Source: Eledone cirrhosa (taxonomy: Eukaryota). From it: DNA of 64,000 nt. Position numbers and translations under genes: made by a program. The notes below the pieces were generated by a model. That model was not told the origin of the DNA. It worked only from the letters and a program-made list of their open reading frames with translations, and searched no databases. The stretch lies in assembly GCA_964016885.1 (NCBI GenBank), contig OZ024766.1, forward strand, positions 6,014,001 through 6,078,000, in the 5' to 3' direction. This document shows, piece by piece, positions 24,130 to 37,353 of the stretch. The number at the start of each line of letters is the position of its first letter. Position 1 is the stretch's first letter.

Positions 24130-27100
24130 TCCCTTCTCTCTCTTTCTCTAGCTGTCTCCACCCCCTCTCTCTGTCTGTCTCTAGCTCTCTCCACCCCCTC
24201 TCTCTGTCTGTCTCTGTCTCTGTGTCTCTCTCTCCCTCTGTCTGTGTGTGTGTCTCTCTCTCTAGCTGCCTCCCTCTCTCTCTGTCTCTGGCTGTTTCTC
24301 TCTCTCTAGCTGTCACCCTCTCTCTGGCTGTTTCTCTCTCTGTCTGTCTCTGTGTGTCTCTCTCTCTCTCTCTCTCTCTGTCTGTGTGTGTCTCTCTCTG
24401 TAGCTGCCTCCCTCTCTCTCTGTCTCTGGCTGTTTCTCTCTCTCTAGCTGTCTCCCTCTCTCTGGCTGTTTTTCTCTCTCTAGCTGTCTCACTCTCTCTG
24501 GCTGTTTCTCTCTCTCTAGCTGTCTCCCTCTCTCTGGCTGTTTCTCTCTCTCTAGCTGTCTCCCTCTCTCTAGCTGTCTCCCTCTCTCTGGCTGTTTCTC
24601 TCTCTCTAGCTGTCTCCCTCTCTCTGGCTGTTTCTCTCTCTCTAGCTGTCTCCCTCTCTCTCTGGCTGTTTCTCTCTCTCTAGCTGTCTCCCTCTCTCTG
24701 GCTGTTTCTCTCTCTCTAGCTGTCTCCCTCTCTCTGGCTGTTTCTCTCTCTCTAGCTGTCTCACTCTCTCTCTGCCTGTTTCTCTCTCTCTAGCTGTCTC
24801 ACTCTCTCTCTGGCTGTTTCTCTCTCTCTAGCTATCTCCCTCTCTCTGGCTGTCTCTCTCTCTCTAGCTGTCTCACTCTCTCTGGCTGTTTCTCTCTCTC
24901 TAGCTGTCTCCCTCTCTCTCTCTGTCTCTCTCTCTAGCTGTCTCCCTCTCTCTCTCTGTCTCTCTCTCTAGCTGTCTCACTCTCTCTCTGCCTGTTTCTC
25001 TCTCTCTAGCTGTCTCACTCTCTCTGGCTGTTTCTCTCTCTCTAGCTGTCTCCCTCTCTCTCTCTGTCTCTCTCTCACTCTCTCTCTGGCTGTTTCTCTC
25101 TCTCTAGCTGTCTCCCTCTCTCTGGCTGTTTCTTTCTCTCTAGCTGTCTCCCTCTCTCTGGCTGTTTCTCTCTCTCTAGCTGTCTCCCTCTCTCTGGCTG
25201 TTTCTCTCTCTCTAGCTGTCTCCCTCTCTCTGGCTTTTTCTCTCTCTCTAGCTGTCTCACTCTCTCTCTCTGGCTGTTTCTCTCTCTCTAGCTGTCTCCC
25301 TCTCTCTGGCTGTTTCTCTCTCTCTAGCTGTCTCCCTCTCTCTGGCTGTTTCTCTCTCTCTAGCTGTCTCCCTCTCTCTGGCTGTTTCTCTCTCTCTAGC
25401 TGTCTCCCTCTCTCTGGCTTTTTCTCTCTCTCTAGCTGTCTCTCTCTCTCTGGCTGTTTCTCTCTCTCTAGCTGTCTCCCTCTCTCTGGCTGTTTCTCTC
25501 TCTCTAGCTGTCTCCCTCTCTCTGGCTGTTTCTCTCTCTCTAGCTGTCTCCCTCTCTCTGGCTGTTTCTCTCTCTCTAGCTGTCTCCCTCTCTCTGGCTT
25601 TTTCTCTCTCTCTAGCTGTCTCACTCTCTCTCTCTGACTGTTTCTCTCTCTCTAGCTGTCTCCCTCTCTCTGGCTGTTTCTCTCTCTCTAGCTGTCTCCC
25701 TCTCTCTGGCTGTTTCTCTCTCTCTAGCTGTCTCCCTCTCTCTGGCTGTTTCTCTCTCTCTAGCTGTCTCCCTCTCTCTGGCTGTTTCTCTCTCTCTAGC
25801 TGTCTCCCTCTCTCTGGCCTTTTCTCTCTCTCTAGCTGTCTCACTCTCTCTCTCTGGCTGTTTCTCTCTCTCTAGCTGTCTCCCTCTCTCTGGCTGTTTC
25901 TCTCTCTCTAGCTGTCTCCCTCTCTCTGGCTGTTTCTCTCTCTCTAGCTGTCTCCCTCTCTCTGGCTTTTTCTCTCTCTCTAGCTGTCTCCCTCTCTCTG
26001 GCTGTTTCTCTCTCTCTAGCTGTCTCCCTCTCTCTGGCTTTTTCTCTCTCTCTAGCTGTCTCACTCTCTCTCTCTGGCTGTTTCTCTCTCTCTAGCTGTC
26101 TCCCTCTCTCTGGCTGTTTCTCTCTCTCTAGCTGTCTCCCTCTCTCTGGCTGTTTCTCTCTCTCTAGCTGTCTCCCTCTCTCTGGCTGTTTCTCTCTCTC
26201 TAGCGGTCTCACTCTCTCTGGCTGTCTCTCTCTCTGGCTGTCTCACTCTCTCTCTGCCTGTTTCTCTCTCTCTAGCTGTCTCACTCTCTCTGGCTGTTTC
26301 TATCTCTCTAGCTGTCCCCCTCTCTCTCTCTGTCTCTCTCTCTGGCTGTCTCACTCTCTCTCTGGCTGTTTCTCTCTCTCTAGCGGTCTCCCTCTCTCTG
26401 GCTGTTTCTCTCTCTCTAGGTGTCTCACTCTCTCTCTGGCTGTTTCTATCTCTCTAGCTGTCCCCCTCTCTCTCTCTCTGTCTCTCTCTCTGGCTGTCTC
26501 ACTCTCTCTCTGCCTGTTTCTCTCTCTCTAGCTGTCTCACTCTCTCTCTGGCTGTTTCTCTCTCTCTAGCTGTCTCCCTCTCTCTAGCCGTCTCCCTCTC
26601 TCTCTCTGTCTCTCTCTCTAGCTGTCTCACTCTCTCTCTAGCTGTTTCTCTCTCTCTAGCTGTCTCCCTCTCTCTGGTTGTTTCTCTCTCTCTAGCTGTC
26701 TCACTCTCTCTCTGGCTGTTTCTCTCTCTCTAGCCGTCTCCCTCTCTCTCTCTCTGTCTCTCTCTCTAGCTGTCTCCCTCTCTCTCTGTCTCTGTCTCTT
26801 TCTCTCTCTCTAGCTGTCTCCCTCTCTCTGGCTGTTTCTCTCTCTCTAGCTGTCTCACTCTCTCTCTGGCTGTTTCTCTCTCTCTAGCCGTCTCCCCCTC
26901 TCTCTCTGTCTCTCTCTCTAGCTGTCTCCCTCTCTCTGGCTGTTTCTCTCTCTCTAGCTGTCTCCCTCTCTCTGGTTGTTTCTCTCTCTCTAGCTGTCTC
27001 ACTCTCTCTCTGGCTGTTTCTCTCTCTCTAGCCGTCTCCCTCTCTCTCTCTCTGTCTCTCTCTCTAGCTGTCTCCCTCTCTCTCTGTCTCTGGCTGTTTC

Positions 27101-27472
27101 TCTCTCTCTCTAGCTGTCTCCCTCTCTCTGGCTGTTTCTCTCTCTCTAGCTGTCTCACTCTCTCTGGCTGTTTCTCTCTCTCTAGCTGTCTCCCTCTCTC
27201 TGGCTGTTTCTCTCTCTCTAGCTGTCTCCCTCTCTCTGGCTGTTTCTCTCTCTCTAGCGGTCTCCTTCTCTCTCTGTCTCTGGCTGTTTCTCTCTCTCTA
27301 GCGGTCTCCCTCTCTCTGGCTGTTTCTCTCTCTCTAGCTGTCTCCCTCTCTCTGGCTGTTTCTCTCTCTCTAGCGGTCTCCCTCTCTCTGGCTGTTTCTC
27401 TCTCTCTAGCGGTCTCCCTCTCTCTGGCTGTTTCTCTCTCTCTAGCTGTCTCACTCTCTACTGTCTCCCTCT

Positions 27473-27521
<49 letters not shown>

Positions 27522-27788
27522 GCTGTCTCTCTCTCTCTATCTCTCTTTCTCTCTAGCTGTTTCTCTCTCTATCTCCCTCTCTCTCTAGCTGTCTCTCTCT
27601 CTAACTGTCTCTCTCTCTCTATCTCCCTCTCTCTCTAGCTGCCTCTCTCTCTCTATCTCCCTCTCTCTCTAGCTGCCTCTCTCTCTCTATCTCCCTCTCT
27701 CTCTAGCTGTCTCCCTCTCTCTGGTACTATTTTACTCTCTCTGTGTCTCTTTGTCTGTATATCTGTTTCTTTCTCTGGCCGTCTCTGT

Positions 27789-27848
<60 letters not shown>

Positions 27849-27999
27849 TCTCTCTCTCTCTCTGTCTGTCTCTCTTTCGCTGTCTTTCTCTCCCCCTCTC
27901 TCTATCTCCCTCACTCTCTCTTTCTGGATCTATCTCGCTCTCTCTTTCTCTCCCCTTCTCTCTCTCTCGCTGTCTTTCTCCTCCCTCTCTCTGTCTCTC

Positions 28000-28062
<63 letters not shown>

Positions 28063-28070
28063 CCCCCCTC
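24130..28070. repeat. (CT)-rich ~36-bp minisatellite grading into (CT)n
   Basis: Repeated tctagctgtctccctctctctggctgtttctctctc. Confidence 0.9.
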
Positions 28071-28262
28071 TCTAGGTCTCCTAGTTCAATAGTTAGAACA
28101 CTCGGCCGAAATACTGAGATACAGAGTTCAATTCTTTATAAAGACCAATAGTCACTATTTCCCCTCCATGGGGATATTTTACTATTTCTAAGTTATCATT
28201 TATATTTATACCAATTCAATGTTGTTATAGTCTTTTCTGCGATCTATTTATTCTCGGGTCCA

Positions 28263-28879
28263 CCCTCCTTCAAAAACGAAGGAGAGGCGGTTTTCCTCTG
28301 TGTGATAGCTATGGCGAAAGAGGTTGTATGGTGGACAAGGTTGAAAGGGCTGAGGTCAGACACCTTTCTCTCCGGCCAACAACTGATTCTTTTTTTATCA
28401 AATACCACTTTGGAAGAAGAGTCAGGATGGAGAGAGAGGTGCTGTACCCCAGGATGGAGAGAGAGGTGCTGTACCTCAGGATGGAGAGAGAGGTGCTGTA
28501 CCCCAGGACGGAGAGAGAGGTGCTGTACCTCAGGATGGAGAGAGAGGTGCTGTACCCCAGCAAGTTTTATGAAAGGTGGGTGAAAGTGGCGAGAATGGCC
28601 CCAGTGAATGAGCCTTCTCTCTATATCAGCCTGTAGGTTGAGGAAAAGGAGGAGGAGAGGAAAGGGGTACAAATTCTTCGTACTCCTGGAGATGAGGGTT
28701 GCACATTTTTTCGGGGGTATGTGTTACCCATATGAACTGTCTCCCTCTATTGGGGAAAATCGACTAACTTTTTAAATTCCATTTGTGATAACATTTTACA
28801 CGTTTTTATTGTATGTAAACTTCCCCCTTTGTATTTGTCCCCTTCTTTTGTGCCCCTGTGGCTAATAAAGAAACATATC
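28263..28879 (+). mobile_element. L1/Tx1-like 3' fragment with a 14-bp target-site duplication and an internal 33-bp x4 repeat
   Basis: TSD TATTCTCGGGTCCA at 28249-28262 and 28880-28893; 33-bp unit repeated at about 28425-28560. Confidence 0.8.
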
Positions 28880-29166
28880 TATTCTCGGGTCCAGAAACCT
28901 TTGCTAATGGAGTAGATATTTATTGTGTTGTTCACTTTCTAATTAAACAGCTCTCTTTTATACATGGAGCACTCTTTTTTCCTTTGCTTTTTCTTCGGAA
29001 TTACCTAACACATATTATATATCGGCGGGATTTGAACTCACGTCCCTTTACGATCTGAGTTCAAATCCCGCCGAGGTTATCTTTGCCTTTCATCCTTACG
29101 GGGTCGATAAAATAAAGTACCAGTGATGCACTGGTTATTTGCTGGCCTTGTGGCAAAAGTAGAAAC

Positions 29167-29223
<57 letters not shown>

Positions 29224-29228
<5 letters not shown>

Positions 29229-29493
29229 GATATTAAACAAATGGAAACTATATTTATAAAACCATATTTATTTCATTATACATATTTCAGGGATACCATA
29301 TTAAAAATATGGCATGCCTTCGTCAGATAAAATACAATATATAAACAGTTTTATAAATAATTTTGACGTACCATATTATAAGCGACCATTATATTAGGAA
29401 GCTGCCATATTTTTAATATGGTATCCCTGAAATATGTATAATGAAATAAATATGGTTTTATAAATATAGTTTCCATTTGTTTAATATCGTATA
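29224..29493. repeat. ~90-bp inverted repeat
   Basis: 29224-29313 is the reverse complement of 29404-29493 and overlaps the minus-strand hammerhead. Confidence 0.8.
29270..29333 (-). ncRNA. Hammerhead ribozyme (type I)
   Basis: Minus strand ATTTTAT-CTGACGA-AGGCATGCCATAT(TTTTA)ATATGGTATCCCT-GAAA-TATGTATA-ATGAAAT. Stem I is 7 bp including one GU pair; ATA cleavage triplet. Confidence 0.7.
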
Positions 29494-29733
29494 TCTACTC
29501 CAATAACTTGTCGAGTGCTTTATATCAGTTATAAAATATTTACTTGTTGTAATCCAACAATTTTAAATAAAACTTTTGCATATATATATATATATATATA
29601 TCTGAAGATTTCATCTGAATGAAACAGTACTAGTCCTGTAGAAGCTCCTTCTATAAAATAAAAAAATTTTACTCTGCCATGTATTGAGTACCTTACTTAC
29701 TGTGGTTATCCCCGACTCAACCCGGGACCTACG

Positions 29734-29764
<31 letters not shown>

Positions 29765-30072
29765 GAGTCCAGAATTAGCCGTCGAAACGGCTTGAGCTCT
29801 GCCGTCGGAGTCATACTTGTTCATATATATATATATATATATAACGAAAGAGTTGTGGTAAGGAACCAGATGGACCATAACGCACCAGAGTACTCAATAC
29901 TTAGGGTAGTAGAGTGGGAAATAGGAAAAAGTATGACCCCCGACGGCAGAGCTCAAGCCGTTTCGACGGCTATTTCTGGACTCTTAAAAATTGCTCGGAG
30001 GAAACATTACAAATGCTATCCAGAAATAGCCGTCGAAACGGCTAGAGCTCTGTTGTTGGGGTCATACTTTTT

Positions 30073-30103
<31 letters not shown>

Positions 30104-30107
<4 letters not shown>

Positions 30108-30231
30108 TTAATATAGAAGAGATTCTACAGGACTAGAACTGTTTCATTCATTAGAAATCATCAGGAATCTCTGATGATTTCTAATGAATGAAACAGTTCT
30201 AGTCCTGTAGAATCTCTTCTATATTAAAACT
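30104..30231. repeat. Perfect 61-bp inverted repeat carrying back-to-back hammerhead-like cores (Penelope-like fragment)
   Basis: Arms 30104-30164 and 30171-30231 with a 6-nt loop. Each arm has CTGATGA-TTTC-TAAT-GAAT-GAAAC-AGTTCTAGTC. A related copy at 29602-29730 has CTGAAGA. Confidence 0.8.
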
Positions 30232-30854
30232 GTTATACTCTGCTATGTATTGAGTACCTTACTTACTGTGGTTACCTCCGATTCAACCCGGAATAACGTA
30301 TATATATATATATATATAAATTTTAGTACAGCATTGACGAAGCTTTAGAATACGGCCAAGCTAGCGTATATGCATAATCGGTCTGTAGCTTGAGCACTCG
30401 GATGAGGAAAGGCCCCAGAGTAATAGCATTACGTTCAGACAGCTTAGCAAATCAGATATAGCGGTCGGCAGTTCAGCCGCATCACCAGAGCAACGAAAAT
30501 ACAGGACCCAGGAAAAGATTTTATATAACGTCAATAAATACGCCAGGATTTTTTCATTCTGATGATTGAAAGCAAATTTTTTTTGCTTTTAAGAAACCAC
30601 TGGTAAATGAAATAATTGCCTTATGTTGTTTATTACATAAATATATATATATATAGTAATAATAATAAATTTGAAGACTAAAATCCAAAGAGGGCTCGAT
30701 AAGGATAAATATATATCAAATATATAAGAACCGGAGATATATTTATATACATATATATATATAGTAATAATAATAAATTTGAAGACTAAAATCCAAAGAG
30801 GGCTCGATAAGGATAAATATATATCAAATATATAAGAACCGTAGAGCAAATATT

Positions 30855-30968
30855 TATTAAAATAACAGATTAAAGTTTAAGCAAAGAATCGCTGCTTTCC
30901 CCCTTAATGGGATCTTCTGAAACTTAAGGGTGAAAGCAGCGATTCTTTGCTTAAACTTTAATCTGTTA

Positions 30969-30976
<8 letters not shown>
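30855..30976. repeat. ~53-bp inverted repeat
   Basis: TATTAAAATAACAGATTAAAGTTTAAGCAAAGAATCGCTGCTTTC... and its reverse complement, separated by about 16 nt. Confidence 0.85.
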
Positions 30977-31030
<54 letters not shown>

Positions 31031-31221
31031 GTATAGGATTATCCTGGATGCAGTAATAGTTTATTACTACACTGGATATGGTTGACGTACGAGAGAGGTT
31101 GCTCAACGAGTCATGGAAGAATTGTTGAAGAAACTTAGTTCCTGATCCTTCTGTATTCTGGAGTGTAGATAAAGAATGAATAATAACAGGTAGACATCAT
31201 AAAAAGGTAATTTATTCTGTG

Positions 31222-31333
31222 TGCTTACAAATGTTTCCACGGTGGTTATACAGCCTAGTTATGCTATGTGCAAATTTATAACTATTTGCAAAACTCAATT
31301 ATCAAATGCTGTGACCACTGTATCATCAGAGCA
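31222..31333 (-). ncRNA. Hammerhead ribozyme with extended stem II
   Basis: Minus strand TGCT-CTGATGA-TACAGTGGT...ACCACCGTG-GAAAC-ATTT-GTA-AGCA. A truncated copy of the same family lies at about 4030-4200. Confidence 0.65.
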
Positions 31334-31371
31334 GAATGGTTAAAATGTACAATGTAAATACCCTTAAGTGA

Positions 31372-31722
31372 GGTTATTAGGGAAGATAGAGTAGAAAAGG
31401 AAGAGAGAAAAGAAGGGGAGAGAGAGAGAGAGAGAGATATGCAGGGGTTGGAAAAATGGGAGAGAGTGGTTTGTAGATATCTTAATCAAAATGTTGTGGT
31501 AGGGGTTTTATCATACTGGTTACTCTTAAAGCGACCACCTTAAGCGATGCGTTGATAGTCAAGGTTGGAATTATTTATTGCCCCAGAGGGGCAAAACATT
31601 TTGATTAAGATATCTCCAAACCACTCTCTCCCATTTCTCCAACCCCTGCATCTCTCTCTCTCTCTCGCTTCCTCTCCCCTTCTTTTCTCTCTTCCTTTTC
31701 TACTCTATCTTCCCCAATAACC
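31372..31722. repeat. ~125-bp imperfect inverted repeat
   Basis: 31372-31495 versus 31596-31722 (purine-rich and pyrimidine-rich arms), spacer about 100 nt. Confidence 0.8.
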
Positions 31723-31897
31723 CCGCAGCGATAATGAGGGACAGAGACCGCTGGAGAGAACTCGTCCATGGATCTCGGGAATTTTACCAGCCCTAGAATA
31801 TGTGTGTGTAAAAGGTAAACAGAAATAACAACACAGTATATGGTACAGTATATGGAAGGGATATATTAGGTTAACGCTTGATATTGCAGGAAGAGGG

Positions 31898-31933
31898 TCT
31901 TAACGTTTCGGACGCTAGTCCTTCATCAGAAGA
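31898..31933 (-). ncRNA. Minimal hammerhead ribozyme with palindromic ACGT stem III
   Basis: Minus strand TCTT-CTGATGA-AGGAC-TAGC-GTCC-GAAACGTT-AAGA, the typical minimal form in Penelope-like elements. Confidence 0.8.
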
Positions 31934-32177
31934 AAGAATGAGAAATAAGATAGATTGAAGGGACAGGCGGGTTAGAATTGGTAAAAAATGTCTTTATATA
32001 TTTCATCACCGTTTTACGTCTATTTTTCCACGCCAGCATGGGTTAGACGGGTTGTCCTGTTGTGGGCAATGCTAGGTCAGGTGACCATGTCTTGCTCATA
32101 TAAAACTGATTTTTGGCTTGATTTCTACAGCTGGATGTCCTTCCTAACGCCAACCACATTTATAGTGTAGTAGCAGG

Positions 32178-33380
32178 CTCAGGCCAGATGTAGCACGTGG
32201 CCTGTACAGATCTAGTATTAGGCCAGGCCAGATGTAACACGTGGTCTGTACAGATCTAGTATTAGGCCAGGCCAGATGTAGCATGTGGTCTGTACAGATC
32301 TAGTATTAGGCCAGGCCAGATGTAGCATGTGGTCTGTACAGATCTAGTATTAGGCCAGGCCAGATGTAGCATGTGGTCTGTACAGATCTAGTATTAGGCC
32401 AGGCCAGATGTAGCATGTGGCCAGTACAGATCTAGTATTAGGCCAGGCCAGATGTAACACGTGGTCTGTACAGATCTAGTATTAGGCCAGGCCAGATGTA
32501 GCATGTGGTCTGTACAGATCTAGTATTAGGCCAGGCCAGATGTAGCATGTGGTCTGTACAGATCTAGTATTAGGCCAGGCCAGATGTAGCATGTGGTCTG
32601 TACAGATCTAGTATTAGGCCAGGCCAGATGTAACAGGTGGTCTGTACAGATCTAGTATTAGGCCAGGCCAGATGTAGCATGTGGTCTGTACAGATCTAGT
32701 ATTAGGCCAGGCCAGATGTAACAGGTGGTCTGTACAGATCTAGTATTAGGCCAGGCCAGATGTAGCATGTGGTCTGTACAGATCTAGTATTAGGCCAGGC
32801 CAGATGTAGCATGTGGTCTGTACAGATCTAGTATTAGGCCAGGCCAGATGTAACACGTGGTCTGTACAGATCTAGTATTAGGCCAGGCCAGATGTAACAG
32901 GTGGTCTGTACAGATCTAGTATTAGGCCAGGCCAGATGTAACAGGTGGTCTGTACAGATCTAGTATTAGGCCAGGCCAGATGTAACAGGTGGTCTGTACA
33001 GATCTAGTATTAGGCCAGGCCAGATGTAACAGGTGGTCTGTACAGATCTAGTATTAGGCCAGGCCAGATGTAACACGTGGCCTGTACAGATCTAGTATTA
33101 GGCTAGGCCAGATGTAACAGGTGGTCTGTACAGATCTAGTATTAGGCCAGGCCAGATGTAACACGTGGCCTGTACAGATCTAGTATTAGGCTAGGCCAGA
33201 TGTAACAGGTGGTCTGTACAGATCTAGTATTAGGCCAGGCCAGATGTAACAGGTGGTCTGTACAGATCTAGTATTAGGCCAGGCCAGATGTAACACGTGG
33301 CCTGTACAGATCTAGTATTAGGCTAGGCCAGATGTAACACGTGGTCTGTACAGATCTAGTATTAGGCCAGGCCAGATGTA
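32178..33380. repeat. 44-bp tandem array, about 27 copies
   Basis: Unit aggccagatgtagcatgtggtctgtacagatctagtattaggcc, following a SINE 3' fragment at 32004-32170. Confidence 0.95.
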
Positions 33381-34269
33381 AAATGTAATCGACCCCCCAC
33401 CACCACCACATGCCTGATGTAAAGTGAAGGGACAGCACCACCACCACTACTACCTCCACCACACCACCACCACACTACCACCACCACTACTACCACCACC
33501 ACCACTACTACCACCACCACCGCACCACCACCGCTACCACCACCACCACTGCCACCACCACCACCACTACTACCACCACCACCACCACACCACCACTACT
33601 ACCACCACCACCACTACTACCACCACCACCACACCACCACCACTACCACCACCACCACTGCTACCACCACCACCACTACTACCACCACCACCACCACACC
33701 ACCACCACTACCACCACCACCACTACTACCACCACCACCACACCACCACCACTACCACCACCACCACTGCTACCACCACCACCACTACTACCACCACCAC
33801 CACCACACCACCACCACTACCACCACCACCACTGCTACCACCACCACCACTACCACCACCACCACCACACCACCACCACCACTACTACCACCACCACCAC
33901 TACTACCACCACCACCACACCACCACCACTACCACCACCACCACTGCTACCACCACCACCACTACTACACACCTCCACCACCAACACAACCACCACCACC
34001 ACCACCACCAACATTACAAGCCAACACACCACGAGTGTCTGTCTGGGTGGTCACGGCTGGAAGGCCTGTGACCACATGCCGAGGGTTAAACAGAAAGCGA
34101 CGACAGTGGAAGCTGGCGATGACATCAAGTGACGTCATTAACTGCTCATAAGCATAAAACGTCGTCCGTCGCTGCTCGTGTAATTCCGTCACTTTCCGTG
34201 TAATTCCGTCACTGGTTCTGATTCTTTCACACCAAAGAGATTGCCATGTGCAAAGAAAGACATACAGAC

Positions 34270-34326
<57 letters not shown>

Positions 34327-34581
34327 TCTACCCCCCCCCCTCTCTTTACTCTCTTTCTCTCTCTCTACCTCTCTTTCTCTCTATCTACTCCTCTCTACCC
34401 CTCTCTCTCTCACTCTCTCTGCCTCTCTCTACCCCTCTCTTTGTCTTTCGCTTTCACTCTCTCGCCCCCCTCTCTTTTTATCTCTCTCTCTCTCTATATA
34501 TATATATATGTATGTATCTATCTCACTCTCTCTCTCTACACACAGATGCACATACATACATACATACATACACACACACAT

Positions 34582-34614
<33 letters not shown>

Positions 34615-34811
34615 TACACACACACATATATATATATGTATGTGTGTTTATATATATATATAAACACACATACACAAACACAATGCCCGCATTCGCATTC
34701 ACGTGTACACATACATACAAACACACACATGTACACGTGCACACACACATACTCACAGATGCACATACACACACACACTCACAGATACACACGTACTGAC
34801 ACACACACAGC

Positions 34812-36636
34812 TAGTAAAGTGGTCGTGGAGATGCCACAGCAAAAAAGCACCCAGCACCCACTGTAAAGTGGTCGTGGAAGTGCCACGGCAAAAAAGCACC
34901 CAACACTCAATGTAAAGTGGTCGTGGAGGTGCCACAGCAAAAAAGCACCCAGCACTCACTGTAAAGTGGTCGTGAAGGTGCCACGGCAAGAAAGCACCCA
35001 GCACTCACTGTAAAGTGGTCGTGGAAGTGCCACGGCAAAAAAGCACCCAGCACTCACTGTAAAGTGGACGTGGAGGTGCCACGGCAAAAAAAGCACCTAG
35101 CACTCACTGTAAAGTGGTCGTGGAGATGCCATGGCAAAAAAGCACCCAGCACTCACTGTATAGTGGTCGTGTAGGTGCCACAGCAAAAAAGCACCCAGCA
35201 CGCACTGTAAAGTGGACGTGGAGGTGCCACGGCAAAAAAGCACCCAGCCTACACTGTAAAGTGGACGTGGAGGTGCCACGGCAAAAAAGCATCCAGCACT
35301 CACTGTAAAGTGGTCGTGGAGGTGCCACGGCAAAAAAGCACCCAGCACTCACTGTAAAGTGGTCGTGGAGGTGCCACAGCAAAAAAGCACACAGCACCCA
35401 CTGTAAAGTGGACGTGGAGGTACCATGGCAAAAAAGCACCCAGCACTCACTGTAAAGTGGACGTGGAGGTACCACGGCAAAAAAGCACCCAGCACTCACT
35501 GTAAAGTGGTCGTGGAGGTGCCACGGCAAAAAAGCACCCAGCACCCACTGTAAAGTGGACGTGGAGGTACCACAGCAAAAAAGCACCCAGCACTCACTGT
35601 AAAGTGGACGTGGAGGCGTCACGGCAAAAAAAGCACCCAGCACTCACTGTAAAGTGGATGTGGAGGTGCCACGGAAAAAAAGCACCCAGCCCACACTGTA
35701 AAGTGGACGTGGAGGTGCCACGGCAAAAAAGCACCCAGCACCCACTGTAAAGTGGACGTGGAGGTACCACAGCAAAAAAGCACCCAGCACTCACTGTAAA
35801 GTGGACGTGGAGGCGTCACGGCAAAAAAAGCACCCAGCACTCACTGTAAAGTGGATGTGGAGGTGCCACGGAAAAAAAGCACCCAGCCCACACTGTAAAG
35901 TGGACGTGGAGGTGCCACGGCAAAAAAGCACCCAGCACTCACTGTAAATTGGACGTGGAGGTGCCACGGCAAAAAAAGCACCCAGCACTCACTGTAAAGT
36001 GGTCGTGGAAGTGCCACGGCAAAAAAGCACCCAGCACTCACTGTAAAGTGGTCGTGGAGGTGTCATGGCAAAAAAGCACCCAGCACTCACTGTAAAGTGG
36101 TCGTGGAGGTGCCATGGCAAAAAAGCACCCAGCACTCACTGTAAAGTTGAGGTGGAGGTGCCACAGCAAAAAGCACCCAGCACTCACTGTAAAGTGGACG
36201 TGGAGGTGCCACGGCAAAAAAGCACCCAGCACTCACTGTAAAGTGGTCGTGGAGGTGCCACGGCAAGAAAGCACCCAGCACTCACTGTAAAGTGGATGTG
36301 GAGGTGCCATGGCAAAAAAGCACCCAGCACTCACTGTAAAGTGGTCGTGGAGGTGCCACGGCAAGAAAGCACCCAGCACTCACTGTAAAGTGGATGTGGA
36401 GGTGCCATGGCAAAAAAGCACCCAGCACTCACTGTAAAGTGGATGTGGAGGTGCCATGGCAAAAAAGCACCCAGCACTCACTGTAAAGTGGATGTGGAGG
36501 TGCCACGGCAAAAAAGCACCCAGCACTCACTGTAAAGTGGACGTGGAGGTGCCACGGCAAAAAAGCACCCAGCACTCACTGTAAAGTGGACGTGGAGGTG
36601 CCACGGCAAAAAAGCACCCAACACTCACTGTAAAGT
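34812..36636. repeat. 48-bp minisatellite, about 38 copies, SINE-derived (opposite orientation)
   Basis: Unit ctgtaaagtggtcgtggaggtgccacggcaaaaaagcacccagcactca is the reverse complement of the internal SINE A unit. Confidence 0.95.
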
Positions 36637-36676
36637 TAAGAGGTGCCTACTGACTGTAGTAGGTTTCGCTTTGTAC

Positions 36677-37045
36677 TTAGGCAAGGCGGGTCTTCTGTAT
36701 TACTGTGTAGCGCCAAAGATCTTGGTCCAGTGATATTGTCTTGGAGAGGTGTAAGTGTGTGAGGTCGGAATTTATCAAGTCGTCCCAGGTTTTTCTGGGT
36801 CTGCCTACTCCGTGGCTACCGTCTATTTTGATCGCCCTGCACTTTTTTTTATACAGCTGTCGTCTTTCATGCGCATCACGTGGCCATACCAACGTAGTCT
36901 TCTCTCGAGTAAACAACATCTGATCCCTCTTATTTCTAATTTCTCCCTTAGTTTGTTTATGCTTTGCCGTTCGCGTATATTACTATTACACATCCAGCGG
37001 AGCAGGCAAGCTTCGTTCCTCTCCAGTCTGTGTAGATCTATATAG
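36677..37045 (-). mobile_element. RTE-clade LINE 3' fragment (frameshifted)
   Basis: RLERNEACLLRWMC...LREKLEI...RRLRWYGHVMRM...GRPRKTWDDLI...DQDLWR. The same family fragment occurs at 1-52. Confidence 0.85.
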
Positions 37046-37189
37046 ATGTTGTCCAAGGGAAAGGTAATGGCTGATACAGCTTGGTACCAGTGATGTGACA
37101 ATGTATATATAATATATACACTCTGTATACACTCTATATACACTATATATATATATATACACTATATATTATGTTGTCCAAGGTAAAGG

Positions 37190-37353
37190 TAATGGCTGAT
37201 ACAGTTTGGTACCAGTGACATCACAACTCATTTCTACAGCTGAGTAAACTGGAGCAATGTGAAATAAAGTGTCTTGCTCAAGGAAACAACACATCACCCG
37301 GTCTGAGAATTGAACTCACAACCTTTCGATTGCAAGTCCAATGCTCTAACCAC
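37190..37353 (-). mobile_element. tRNA SINE family A, 5' part
   Basis: Same head and central domain as 4515-4640. Confidence 0.75.

Noticed and set aside
30330-30430. Further hammerhead candidates (TTGACGA...GAAAG here, and CAGAAGA...GAAAG near 30895-30920)
   Set aside because: Core nucleotides are mutated and stems I and III are not convincingly formed.
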